A DNA stretch of 64,000 nt from Thermoplasmata archaeon (GTDB taxonomy: Archaea > Thermoplasmatota > Thermoplasmata > Lutacidiplasmatales > UBA184): assembly GCA_049585415.1 (NCBI GenBank), contig JBAUZT010000010.1, forward strand, positions 20,406 through 84,405, read 5' to 3'. The first letter of the stretch is position 1, and each line of letters opens with the position of its first letter. The notes beneath the pieces are model-generated. The model ran no database searches. It worked only from the letters and a program-made list of their open reading frames with translations, and was not told the origin of the DNA. This document shows, piece by piece, positions 9,025-17,962 of the stretch. The position numbers and the translations under genes are program-made.

Positions 9025-10765
9025 GGGGAATCACCTCGAGAGCTCGCGCGACGATCTCGTGGGGGTAGAAGGGTTCGCCGTCGTACTTGAGCAAGCGGTC
9101 GGAGAGGTAGATCCCGGTTTCGGCGCGCAGGAGGTGGCCGAACTGACCGGAGTAGTTCGCCTCGACGAGGAGCGTCTTCCGCGCCTTTGCGAACTCCGCC
9201 CGGACCCGGTCCGCGTCGAGCGGGTAGACGGTCGGGAAATGGAGGAGGTTGGTCTTCTTGCCCTGGGCCGCGAGCACCGTCATCGCGTCCCGCACGGCCC
9301 CGATCGTCGACCCCCAGGCCACGAACGTCAGGTCCGCGTCGGCCGGACCCTCCCAGGCCGGAGGGTCCGCAGCGGCGGCGATCCCGCCGAGCTTCTTCAT
9401 GCGCTTCTGCATCATGTGCACCCGTTCGGTCACCCAGACCGGGATCCCCGATTTCACGTCCGAGACGAGGTGGCCCTTCTCGTCGTGCTCGTCCGAGCCC
9501 GCGACGAACTGGAGCCCGGGTTGGCCGGGAAGCGCTCGAGGGGAGACGCCCGACTCCGTGTACTGGTAGCGCTTGTACTCGTGGCCGTTCGGCTCCACGG
9601 TGTAGAGGGAAGGGATCTCGAGGTCGGTCGGGATCTCCTCGCGATCGACGCTCACGGTGTTCTCGGAGAGGTGAAGGTCGCTCGCGAGCAGGATCGGCGT
9701 TTGCCAATCCTCCGCCAACTGGAACGCCTTGATCGTCGCGCGGTACGCTTCCGCCGGATGGGACGGCGCGAGGATCGCTCGGGGGAACTCTCCCTGGCCG
9801 GCGCCGAGCATCAGGTTGAGGTCGCCCTGTTCGGTTTTCGTGGGAAGGCCAGTGGACGGCCCCGACCGCTGCGACTCGACCACGACGAGCGGGGTCTCGG
9901 TCATGCCCGCCATCCCGAGCGCCTCGACCATCAGCGAAAATCCGCCACCGCTCGTCGCGGTCATCGAGCGAACGCCCGCGTACGAGGCCCCGATCGCCAT
10001 GTGGATGGCGGCGAGCTCGTCCTCCGCCTGCTTCACCACGACCCCGAGGGTCTGGGAGTGGGCCGCCATCCAGTGCATGATCGTCGATGCGGGGGTCATC
10101 GGGTACTGGGCGAGGAACTTGCAGCCGGCGGCGGCCGCGCCGAGCGCGATGGCGGAGTTCCCGGTCATCAGGAGCTTCGGGGCGCCTCGCTTTGAGATCG
10201 CGCGATCGCTCGCCCCCGCGTGCTGTCGGGCGAACTCGTAGCCCGCGGAGCTCGCGCCGAGGTTCCAGTCCACGACGTCCCCCGCCTTCCGCCCGAAGGA
10301 ATCGCGAAGGACCTCGTGGAGGAGTTCTTCGGGGATTCCGGCCAGGTACGCGGCGGCGCCCATTCCGGCCGCGTTCTGAAGGATCGATTGACTCGTGTAC
10401 TTTCGAGCAAATTCGAGGGTCGGGACGGCGAGCGCCTTCACCCCCGCCGGGAGCTCGCTCTCGGGGATGGCGAACTTCTCGGGGTCGTAGACGATCGTCC
10501 CTCCCCGACGGAGTGAGAGAGCGTGGACCGCGACCGTCTGTTTGTCGAGAGCGTACAGGACGTCCGCCTGGTCCCCCTGGGAGTACGGTCGAGTGTCGGA
10601 GGTCCGCGCCTGGAACCAGACGTGGCCCCCGCGGATCACCGACTGGTAGGCGTTGAGGCCGAAGACGTGCCACCCCAACCGGGAGAAGCAACGGGAGATC
10701 GTCTCCCCGATCGACGCGATGCCATCGCCCGCCTGCCCGCCGGCGCGCACGGCAAAATCGGTCAT
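9014..10765 (-). CDS. korA: 2-oxoacid:ferredoxin oxidoreductase alpha subunit (fused gamma-alpha)
   Basis: MTDFAVRAGGQAGDGIASIGE N-terminus. ATG verified at 10763-10765; the track start at 11005 is over-extended. Overlaps korB by 11 nt. Confidence 0.9.
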   Translation of the reverse strand: MTDFAVRAGGQAGDGIASIGETISRCFSRLGWHVFGLNAYQSVIRGGHVWFQARTSDTRPYSQGDQADVLYALDKQTVAVHALSLRRGGTIVYDPEKFAIPESELPAGVKALAVPTLEFARKYTSQSILQNAAGMGAAAYLAGIPEELLHEVLRDSFGRKAGDVVDWNLGASSAGYEFARQHAGASDRAISKRGAPKLLMTGNSAIALGAAAAGCKFLAQYPMTPASTIMHWMAAHSQTLGVVVKQAEDELAAIHMAIGASYAGVRSMTATSGGGFSLMVEALGMAGMTETPLVVVESQRSGPSTGLPTKTEQGDLNLMLGAGQGEFPRAILAPSHPAEAYRATIKAFQLAEDWQTPILLASDLHLSENTVSVDREEIPTDLEIPSLYTVEPNGHEYKRYQYTESGVSPRALPGQPGLQFVAGSDEHDEKGHLVSDVKSGIPVWVTERVHMMQKRMKKLGGIAAAADPPAWEGPADADLTFVAWGSTIGAVRDAMTVLAAQGKKTNLLHFPTVYPLDADRVRAEFAKARKTLLVEANYSGQFGHLLRAETGIYLSDRLLKYDGEPFYPHEIVARALEVIPHGG

Positions 10766-10856
10766 CGACTCTTCGAGCCCGTCGTTCGTATTAATCGGTT
10801 GTGCGCGAAACGCACGGCCGCCAACCCTTAGACGGTCCGGAGGGTCCGGAGCGGTG

Positions 10857-11114
10857 ATGGTGCGGCCAGTGCGGATCCTCCTGTTCTCCACCGCGCGAAC
10901 CGCGGTGGGACGAGCGGAGCTCCCGTGGACCGTCCCCGCGGAAGGGGTTCCGGCGGAGGCGCTCACGCACGCGCTCGCGGACGCGTATCCTGCCCTCCGG
11001 CCCACCTTGCGCGTCAGCCGATTCGTCCGGAACGGTCGATACCTTGGTCGAAAGGGCGAGCGCGTAAAGCCCGGCGACGAGTTCGCGATCCATCCCCCCT
11101 ACGGAGGCGGGTAG
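10857..11114 (+). CDS. moaD: molybdopterin synthase sulfur-carrier subunit (MoaD/ThiS fold)
   Basis: 85 aa ending in PPYGGG (C-terminal Gly-Gly). ATG at 10857. Confidence 0.75.
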   Translation: MVRPVRILLFSTARTAVGRAELPWTVPAEGVPAEALTHALADAYPALRPTLRVSRFVRNGRYLGRKGERVKPGDEFAIHPPYGGG

Positions 11115-11149
11115 TCCTGTCGCTGCGCCTCTCCCGCCGGCCGCTCTCC

Positions 11150-11557
11150 GTGGCGAGCGCCTTCCGGGAGCTCGAGCGGCCGGGGCTCGGAGGGGTGGTG
11201 CTCTTCGCGGGCCGAGTCCGACCGGACGGACGCGGTCGGTCCCGCGTCGTGGCGCTGGACTATGAGGCGCATGAGGGGCCGGCGCTCGACGCGCTCAGGA
11301 AGCTGGACCGCGCCGCCCGTCGCGAGTTCGGGCTCCAGGCCACGGTGCTATGGCATCGAGTAGGCCGGGTGCCCGCAGGCCAGGTCTCGGTCATCATCGG
11401 CGCCGCGGCGCCGCATCGCGCTCCGGCCTTCGCCGGCGCGCGGTTCCTGACCGACCGGCTGAAGGAGACCGTGCCGATCTGGAAGACGGAGCGAGCACGA
11501 TCCGGGCGTCGACCGCGACGACCCCGTCGCCCGCGCGTCGCACGATCAACGGATTGA
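11150..11557 (+). CDS. moaE: molybdopterin synthase catalytic subunit
   Basis: GGVVLFAGRVR...ALDYEAH...VPIWKTE motifs. GTG 11150 is the first canonical in-frame start after moaD, but homology may begin nearer 11111. Confidence 0.7.
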   Translation: MASAFRELERPGLGGVVLFAGRVRPDGRGRSRVVALDYEAHEGPALDALRKLDRAARREFGLQATVLWHRVGRVPAGQVSVIIGAAAPHRAPAFAGARFLTDRLKETVPIWKTERARSGRRPRRPRRPRVARSTD

Positions 11558-13610
11558 GGTCGAGCTCGACGACCTCGGGAATCTCGACCGCGAGCTGGGA
11601 GACCCGCTCGATCGCCTCGGCGAGGGCGGAGGTATCGCTCGGCGGCTCTCCTCGAACCCCTTGGAGGAGCGGGAATCCCCGAACGGATTCGATCATGTGG
11701 CGGGCCCCGAGCGGGAGGACCGGGGCCAGTCGGAACGTCACGTCGCGCAGCACTTCCACGTAAATGCCCCCCATACCGAAGACGATGATCGGCCCGAAGT
11801 TCGGGTCCCGCTGTACTCCGATCAAGACCTCCTTCCCTCCCACGACCTGGGACTCGACCTCGAAACCGTCGATGCGGGCTTTCGGGGCACGGGCGGCAAG
11901 GGCGGTCTGCATCGCGGTCCAAGCGCTCCGCACCGCCGCGGCGTCGGCGAGGCCCACGGCGACTCCCCCCACTTCGGTCTTGTGGGATATGTCGGGAGAG
12001 GCGACCTTGAGCACGATCGGATAGCCGATCGCCTTGGCCGCGGCCACCGCCTCGTCGACACGGCGCACCCGCCGAGTCTCGGGAAAGTGGAGGCCGTAGG
12101 CGTTCAGCAAGGCCCGAGCGAGATACTCGGGAAGCACCGTCGTGCCGGCATCCCGCGCGCGGCGGAGCGCGTCCCGAACCTTCGCGCGGTCCACCGAGAA
12201 CTCGCGGATGGGGGTGTGAGGGCGGGCCCGCCAAGCGTGATATCGTGCGAGGCTCCCCAACCCCTGGACCGCCTCTTCGGGGAAGGTGAACGTGGGGATC
12301 CCATGCGCTTCGAGGTCGGCGACCTCTTGCGAGAGGTCCGTGAGGCCGAAGATGCACGCGCTCACCGCCTTGCGGCTCGTCCCTCGACCCCGAACGATGG
12401 CGTGAGCGACCGCCGCTGCGGTCATGGTCCCGGTGGGGGTCGTGATGACGACCACTCCGTTGATCTCGGGGGCGCGCAGCAGGAGCTTCAGCGAATCCCG
12501 GAACTGGTCGGGGCCTGCGTCCGCGGTCATGTCGATTGGATTCCCGACCGCGGCCGACGGGGAGAGGGTGCGCACGAGCGTGTCGTGGACGGCCGGGGGA
12601 AGGGTCGGGAGCTCGAGATGCTGACGCGCCGCCGCATCGGCGGCGACGATCCCCGGACCCCCCGAGTTCGTCAAGATCGCGAGGCGAGGCCCCTCCAGGC
12701 GGAGGCCGGAGGAGAAGACCTTCGCCATGCGGAAGAGGTCTCCGATCGTGTCGGCGCGCATCACCCCGGACTGCTCGAACAGCGAGTCGTAGAGCTGGTC
12801 GCGACCGGACTGGGCGAGCGAGCCCGTGTGGCTCTTCGCGGCGCGTTCCCCCGCCGGCGTGCGCCCGCTCTTGATCACCAGCACGGGCTTCATTTCGGTG
12901 ACCTCGTGCGCGACCTCAAGGAACCGTCGGCCGTTCGCGAGGCTCTCGACGTACAGGAGGATCACCCGAGTCTTCGGGTCTTCGCCGAGCGACAGGAGCA
13001 GGTCGTTCTCGTCGACCCCGGCCCGGTTCCCGACGGAAACGAAGCGCGAGAAGCCGATCCGCTCCGCGAGCCCGTAGCGAAGGACTCCCGCGCAGAGCGC
13101 TCCGCTCTGGGAGACGAAGGCGATGTTCCCCTCGGGCGGCAGGCTCTCGCTGAACGTCGCGTTGAGACTGACCTCGGGGTCCGTGTTCAGCAGGCCGAAA
13201 CAATTCGGTCCGACGATCGACATCCGGTACTTGGCCGCCCGTCGAACGAGGTCCGCCTCGAGGGTGGCCCCCGCCTCCCCGATCTCTCGGAACCCGGCGG
13301 AGATCACGATCACTCCCCGAGTGCCCGCCTCGCCGAGCTCGTCGATGACGTCCGGGACCCCCGCGGCGGGAACGATCACCACCCCGAGCTCGGCCGGTTC
13401 GGGAAGCTTCGCCACGCTCGGATAGCATCGAACCCCCGAGACGCTCGGCCAGCGCGGATTCACCGGATAGGCGACCCCATGGAACCCGGCCTGGAGCACG
13501 TTCCGGAAGAGCGTGGCGCCGACGGTCCCCACTCGGTTCGACGCGCCGATCACTGCCACGGACGCGGGTCGGAAGAACCGCTCGAGGTCGTTGGTTCGTC
13601 CGGTCGTCAT
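11394..13610 (-). CDS. acd: acetate--CoA ligase (ADP-forming), fused alpha/beta
   Basis: FFRPASVAVIGAS CoA-binding N-terminus, succinyl-CoA-synthetase-like and ATP-grasp regions. ATG verified at 13608-13610. Confidence 0.85.
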   Translation of the reverse strand: MTTGRTNDLERFFRPASVAVIGASNRVGTVGATLFRNVLQAGFHGVAYPVNPRWPSVSGVRCYPSVAKLPEPAELGVVIVPAAGVPDVIDELGEAGTRGVIVISAGFREIGEAGATLEADLVRRAAKYRMSIVGPNCFGLLNTDPEVSLNATFSESLPPEGNIAFVSQSGALCAGVLRYGLAERIGFSRFVSVGNRAGVDENDLLLSLGEDPKTRVILLYVESLANGRRFLEVAHEVTEMKPVLVIKSGRTPAGERAAKSHTGSLAQSGRDQLYDSLFEQSGVMRADTIGDLFRMAKVFSSGLRLEGPRLAILTNSGGPGIVAADAAARQHLELPTLPPAVHDTLVRTLSPSAAVGNPIDMTADAGPDQFRDSLKLLLRAPEINGVVVITTPTGTMTAAAVAHAIVRGRGTSRKAVSACIFGLTDLSQEVADLEAHGIPTFTFPEEAVQGLGSLARYHAWRARPHTPIREFSVDRAKVRDALRRARDAGTTVLPEYLARALLNAYGLHFPETRRVRRVDEAVAAAKAIGYPIVLKVASPDISHKTEVGGVAVGLADAAAVRSAWTAMQTALAARAPKARIDGFEVESQVVGGKEVLIGVQRDPNFGPIIVFGMGGIYVEVLRDVTFRLAPVLPLGARHMIESVRGFPLLQGVRGEPPSDTSALAEAIERVSQLAVEIPEVVELDLNPLIVRRAGDGVVAVDARIVLAPSSRSARSPSAGRSGTARRRRPERDAAPRRR

Positions 13611-13773
13611 CGAAAAAGCACCTCGACCGGCCTCGGACAAGTCCCTTGTTATATAGCCCACTCGGCGTTCTTCGCGCGTGACGGCCACCCCTGGCCCGGA
13701 AGCGGGCCATCCCCCCTCCTCGCCACCTCACTCGGGGCCCCCCCGGGGGCGTCCCGGCGGGATCCTCCAGCGG

Positions 13774-14550
13774 ATGGACAAGGGCCAGATCCGTCACGTC
13801 ATCGCGGTCGGGAGCGGTAAAGGCGGCGTCGGAAAATCGTCGGTCACCGCGCTCGTCGCCGCCGAGCTCCGCCGACGTGGGCTCGCGGTAGGGATCCTCG
13901 ACGCCGACATCACCGGACCGTCCATCCCGAAGTTGCTGGGCATCAAGGGGCCCCTCACGGACGCGGGCGAGGGGATCGAGCCGGCCACCTCCCGGAGCGG
14001 GATCCCCGTCGTCTCGTCCCAGTTCATGGTCGAGGACGAGCAGGCGCCGGTGATCTGGCGAGGCCCACTCGTCACGCGACTGATCACCCAGTTCTTCGGG
14101 GGAGTGCACTGGGGAGCGCTCGATTACCTCCTGATCGACATGCCCCCGGGGACGAGCGACGTCCCCCTCACCGTCTTCCAGACGATCCCGATCGACGGGA
14201 TGGTCTTCGTGCTCACCCCGCAGGACCTCGCGGCGCTGATCGTGAAGAAGGCGATGAACATGGCCCGCGACCTCCACGTCGCCCTGCTCGGTGTGGTCGA
14301 GAACATGTCGTGGATCGTCTGCCCGCACTGCGGCGAGCAGATCGCCCTCTTTGGACCGGGGACCGTGGAGAAGGTCTCCGAGGAGTACGGGGTCCCGGTA
14401 CTGACCCGCCTGCCGCTCGCCCCGGCGGTCTCCGAGCTCGCGGACGACGGTCGCCTCGAAGAGTTCCGTTCGCCCGAGCTCGCCGCGCTCGCCGATGCCC
14501 TCGTCCGAAAGGTCGACGAGGTCACGAAGGGCTCGGCGACGGTGCTCTAG
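13774..14550 (+). CDS. Mrp/NBP35-family Fe-S cluster carrier ATPase
   Basis: VGSGKGGVGKSSV deviant Walker A, CPHCG motif, ATG at 13774. Confidence 0.85.
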   Translation: MDKGQIRHVIAVGSGKGGVGKSSVTALVAAELRRRGLAVGILDADITGPSIPKLLGIKGPLTDAGEGIEPATSRSGIPVVSSQFMVEDEQAPVIWRGPLVTRLITQFFGGVHWGALDYLLIDMPPGTSDVPLTVFQTIPIDGMVFVLTPQDLAALIVKKAMNMARDLHVALLGVVENMSWIVCPHCGEQIALFGPGTVEKVSEEYGVPVLTRLPLAPAVSELADDGRLEEFRSPELAALADALVRKVDEVTKGSATVL

Positions 14551-15238
14551 GTTCGCGCAGCTGCTGGAACCGGATCGCCTCGACCGGCACTCCGCGCCGG
14601 CCGAGGGCGAGACGGAGCCCCTCGAGATGGGCGTCCCCGACCACGACCGCGATCCGGCCATACCCCTGCCCCCGCAACGATGCGAGACGGTCGGCCATGT
14701 GCTCGTTCCGCTCGTCGAGCAGGACATGGGCGAGGGTCGGGCTCGCCTTCCGCAGCTCCGCGGTGTACTCCTCCGGGGCGTCGGCGTATCGGTCGAGCTC
14801 GCGCTCGACCACCCGGGGAGGGATGAACAGCGCGGCGACCGCGCTCGCGAGCAGCGTGACCCGCTCCTTGAACGGCATCGTACGGACGAGCTCGAGCAGG
14901 GTCGCGCGGATCGGGTCGTCGATGAGGAAGAGCGGAAGCTGGCGCTCGTGAGCCAGCCGGGCAGCGACCTTCATCTCCGCGCCGGGTTCCCCGCCACCCA
15001 ACTGCGCTCCGAGCCGCTCCTGCACTCGACCCCAGATCCGCGCGAAGAGCGGCGCGCCTCGGGAGGAACGCCCCGACCCGTCCTCGGAGAGGAGCGCGTT
15101 CGCGCGCTCCGCGTCCAGTTCGATGGCGACCCCGTCGAGCACGCGTTCCTCGAGCACCCGACGCAGCGGCGCCTCGAGGTCGATCACGTGCGCGGCGCCG
15201 AGGAGCAGCACCGGGCTCTGGGTCGTCGACGCGTACAC
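14522..15238 (-). CDS. TraB/GumN-family protein
   Basis: PVLLLGAAHVIDLEAPLRRVLEE...VAIELDAER pattern. GTG verified at 15236-15238. Confidence 0.65.
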   Translation of the reverse strand: MYASTTQSPVLLLGAAHVIDLEAPLRRVLEERVLDGVAIELDAERANALLSEDGSGRSSRGAPLFARIWGRVQERLGAQLGGGEPGAEMKVAARLAHERQLPLFLIDDPIRATLLELVRTMPFKERVTLLASAVAALFIPPRVVERELDRYADAPEEYTAELRKASPTLAHVLLDERNEHMADRLASLRGQGYGRIAVVVGDAHLEGLRLALGRRGVPVEAIRFQQLREPRAPSPSPS

Positions 15239-15289
15239 GCCGGATGTACCGGGGAGCCCCGTATCTCCCTTCGCCCCGCCGCCCGCAAA

Positions 15290-15304
15290 CTCCCATATAG
15301 GGAG
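15290..15304. promoter_or_regulatory. perfect 15-nt palindrome CTCCCATATAGGGAG containing a TATA-like core
   Basis: Lies between divergent genes. The ATATA centre is 26 nt upstream of ATG 15323, which implies a leaderless transcript. Confidence 0.4.
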
Positions 15305-15322
15305 GCGCGGTCGGCGGGGCCG

Positions 15323-15625
15323 ATGGCGTGGACCCTGTTCGCGGTGCCGTCGACGAAACGCGCCGAGCTCGACGCCGTGCTGAAGGACGATATCCTCTCG
15401 CGGCAGAGCCAGAAGGTCCGGGACGCGAAGGCGGTCGGTGGCCCCGCGGACACGACCTACGTCCTGCTCGAGGGGGCGGCCGACGCGATGAAGCGGGCCG
15501 ACGACCTCCTCGGTCCGGTCGGTACGAAGCTCGCCCCGAACGAGGCGACGCCGCTCTACCAGCGCTTCAAGGACGAGGAAGAGTCGGCGTCGGCCGGCAT
15601 GGGGCTGTTCTTCACCGAGGGCTGA
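15323..15625 (+). CDS. hypothetical 100-aa protein with acidic P-stalk-like C-terminal tail
   Basis: ATG at 15323. Ends ...FKDEEESASAGMGLFFTEG. No recognised fold for the N-terminal part. Confidence 0.55.
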   Translation: MAWTLFAVPSTKRAELDAVLKDDILSRQSQKVRDAKAVGGPADTTYVLLEGAADAMKRADDLLGPVGTKLAPNEATPLYQRFKDEEESASAGMGLFFTEG

Positions 15626-15629
15626 GGGC

Positions 15630-16424
15630 TCACTCGGGCTCGGCGGGCGCGTGGGAGGGCTCGAGGTCCTCGCCGCCCGCGAAGACGCGCTGTGCGGACT
15701 GGTAGAACGCTTCGAGCCCCGTCCCCTCCTTCGCGGAGGTCGGGACGAGCCCAGCGAGGGGCCCGAGGGATTCGATCGCGCGGAAGAGCTCGGTCGACAG
15801 CTGCACATCGGGCGTGGGGGCATCGCGGGTGACCGCGTCGTACAGGAGCGAGAGGTCCTGCGACCAGAGGGTGACCTCCCCGAGCTGCTCCGGCGTCAGG
15901 ACGTCGGACTTCGAGAGCAGGTTGATCATCGGGAGCCGAAACCGGAACTCGATGGTCGCGCTGAGCATCAGGAGCGAGACGAACCCCGAGGCGGTGCGGG
16001 CGAGCGCCGGGTCGAAGAGGAAGGCGATGAGGGAGCGGTCCCCGCTCAGCGCATCGACGATCGCTTTCGACGCCTCGCGAAAGGAGAAGAGCTCGATCTG
16101 CCCCGGGGTGTCGATGAGCACGTAGTCGGTCTTGAGCTCCTGGATCGCCTGCTTGACATCGAAGACCTTGAGCGCGATCATGTCCGCTGCGGCGATCTGG
16201 GCGCCGTTCGGTCCGAGCCCGTACTCGTCCTGAAGGTCCGAGAGGCGAACCCATTCGCGGATGTCGATCGCGGGGTCGAGCGTCGTCGATTCGCTGCCGG
16301 GGTCGAGGTTCACGACCGTCGTCTCGTATCCCGCGCTCTTCATCCAGTCCGCGAAGGCGCGGACGAAGGTCGTCTTGCCCGCTCCGGCCGTGCCCGTGAA
16401 GTAGATCGTGCCGGGTTCGTCCAT
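15630..16424 (-). CDS. GPN-loop GTPase
   Basis: GTAGAGKTT P-loop, LGPNGA (GPN motif), IDTPGQIE. Confidence 0.9.
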   Translation of the reverse strand: MDEPGTIYFTGTAGAGKTTFVRAFADWMKSAGYETTVVNLDPGSESTTLDPAIDIREWVRLSDLQDEYGLGPNGAQIAAADMIALKVFDVKQAIQELKTDYVLIDTPGQIELFSFREASKAIVDALSGDRSLIAFLFDPALARTASGFVSLLMLSATIEFRFRLPMINLLSKSDVLTPEQLGEVTLWSQDLSLLYDAVTRDAPTPDVQLSTELFRAIESLGPLAGLVPTSAKEGTGLEAFYQSAQRVFAGGEDLEPSHAPAEPE

Positions 16425-16426
16425 CG

Positions 16427-16726
16427 CTACTTCTTCCCTCCCGCGGGCCGGTGCTTGCGCACGTCGGCGGCCACCGCTTTGAGGAAGGCGGCCTTCGAGG
16501 TCCCCGCCTTCTTCGTGACCTTCACGCGGCCCTCGTAGGTGAAGAATCGCCGAGGGTACTGCTTTTCGGTTTCCACCTCGACCTTGTAGCCGAGCCGCTT
16601 CGCCGCCTGGAAGATCTCCTCGGTCGTCACGTCGGGCACGGCGTCACTCTCCGTGAGGCGCCGGCCCTCGCGACGCGAGAGGCCCCGACCGAGGTAGGCC
16701 GGGTAGACGTAGAAGTGGTCGGGCAT
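16427..16726 (-). CDS. srp19: signal recognition particle protein SRP19
   Basis: YVYPAYLGRGLSRREGRRL N-terminus typical of SRP19, 99 aa. Confidence 0.85.
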   Translation of the reverse strand: MPDHFYVYPAYLGRGLSRREGRRLTESDAVPDVTTEEIFQAAKRLGYKVEVETEKQYPRRFFTYEGRVKVTKKAGTSKAAFLKAVAADVRKHRPAGGKK

Positions 16727-16744
16727 CGGCGACGCCCCGGCGAC

Positions 16745-17143
16745 CTACGCGGGGGTCGTGGCGGCGGCGACGCGGTCGCCGTTGAGGACCCCGTCCTGAC
16801 CGGGGCGCGAACGCACCCGGACGAGCCCGACGTCGGTCTCGAGGATGGCCCCCTTCGTGATGATGTTCCGTTGCACGTAGTTCGGGTTGGCCGGGTTCTC
16901 CCGCACGGTGATGACCTTCGCGGAGGCGCACTTCTTCGTCGCGGGGTCATAGACGTTGATCGTCTGGGTCGTGAGGATGCGCAGCTTGACGTTCGCGCCC
17001 CGCACCCGGTACTTCTTCACCGTGCCGCCACCGATCGTCGCGTGCTGTAGCTCGCGGCCGATCTCGAAGCGGCGCTTCTTGCGGATCGGGCGAAGGCGTC
17101 CGCCCGTGCGCTTGCGTCGCGAGCGGCCCTGCCAGATACCCAT
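16745..17143 (-). CDS. rps8e: 30S ribosomal protein S8e
   Basis: MGIWQGRSRRKRTGG...VRGANVKLRIL...NPNYVQRNIITKGA. ATG verified at 17141-17143. Confidence 0.9.
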   Translation of the reverse strand: MGIWQGRSRRKRTGGRLRPIRKKRRFEIGRELQHATIGGGTVKKYRVRGANVKLRILTTQTINVYDPATKKCASAKVITVRENPANPNYVQRNIITKGAILETDVGLVRVRSRPGQDGVLNGDRVAAATTPA

Positions 17144-17164
17144 ACGGCTCCGCTGAGGAGCCGT
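17144..17164 (-). promoter_or_regulatory. 8-bp perfect hairpin abutting the S8e start codon and containing its GGAG
   Basis: mRNA sense is ACGGCUCC-UCAGC-GGAGCCGU followed directly by AUG. Confidence 0.45.
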
Positions 17165-17311
17165 GCGAGCGGGGTACCCTATAAGAGGTTTCTCGGGAGG
17201 GATGGACCGTTTGGTCCGCGGGACGCCGATTCGAGGGATTTCCGCAAAGTACCGCGACTTAATCCGAGGAACGCCTAGGGAGTTCGGGGAAGGGCGACGA
17301 CCGCGGAACGG

Positions 17312-17962
17312 ATCGTCGGCATCGACGAAGCCGGGCGGGGCAGCGTCCTCGGTCCCTTGATCGTCGGCGCCTTCCACTGCACGGAGGACCGGCTCGACGA
17401 GCTCCGGGCGACCGGGGTGCGGGACTCGAAGCTCCTCACGGCCGAGCGACGGGAGGCCGTCTACGGTCAGCTCTCTCGGATCGGGCGGCTCACGTCGATC
17501 GCGCTGCTCCCCCGAACGATCGACCGCTACGTGGCGCGAGGGGGGCTCAACGAGCTCGAGCTCGAGTCGTTCGCGACCCTCGTGTGTCGACTCCAACCGG
17601 ACGTCGCTTACGTCGACGCGTGTGACACGGATGCGGAGCGATTCGGGCGGCGCCTCGGGGCCCTCGTCGGGAGTGGAACGCGCATCGTGAGTCGGCACAA
17701 AGCCGACCGTGACTTTCCCATCGTCAGCGCCGCCTCAGTCGTGGCGAAGGTGCGTCGCGACGCGGCGCTCGAGCGCCTCGCCCGGAGTGCGGGCGAGCCC
17801 CTCGGGTGCGGGTACCCCCACGACCCCGAGACGCAGGCGTGTGTCGAGCGGCACGCGCGCGACGGCGGTCGCGTGCCGCCGTGGATGCGCCGGTCGTGGG
17901 AGACGGTGCAAAGGGTTAAGCGCGCTCACCCGGCTCGCACGCTCGACGCCTACGAACCATGA
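17312..17962 (+). CDS. rnhB: ribonuclease HII (start codon non-canonical or unresolved)
   Basis: IVGIDEAGRGSVLGPLIVGAF catalytic N-terminus read in frame from 17312. The first canonical start (TTG 17357) would remove it. In-frame stop at 17276. Confidence 0.8.
   Translation: MVGIDEAGRGSVLGPLIVGAFHCTEDRLDELRATGVRDSKLLTAERREAVYGQLSRIGRLTSIALLPRTIDRYVARGGLNELELESFATLVCRLQPDVAYVDACDTDAERFGRRLGALVGSGTRIVSRHKADRDFPIVSAASVVAKVRRDAALERLARSAGEPLGCGYPHDPETQACVERHARDGGRVPPWMRRSWETVQRVKRAHPARTLDAYEP

Noticed and set aside
11111-11150. Possible non-canonical start for moaE immediately after the moaD stop.
   Set aside because: An in-frame GTG at 11150 still leaves a plausible 135-aa MoaE with all recognised motifs. 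Unlike rnhB and xpd, no non-canonical start is required.
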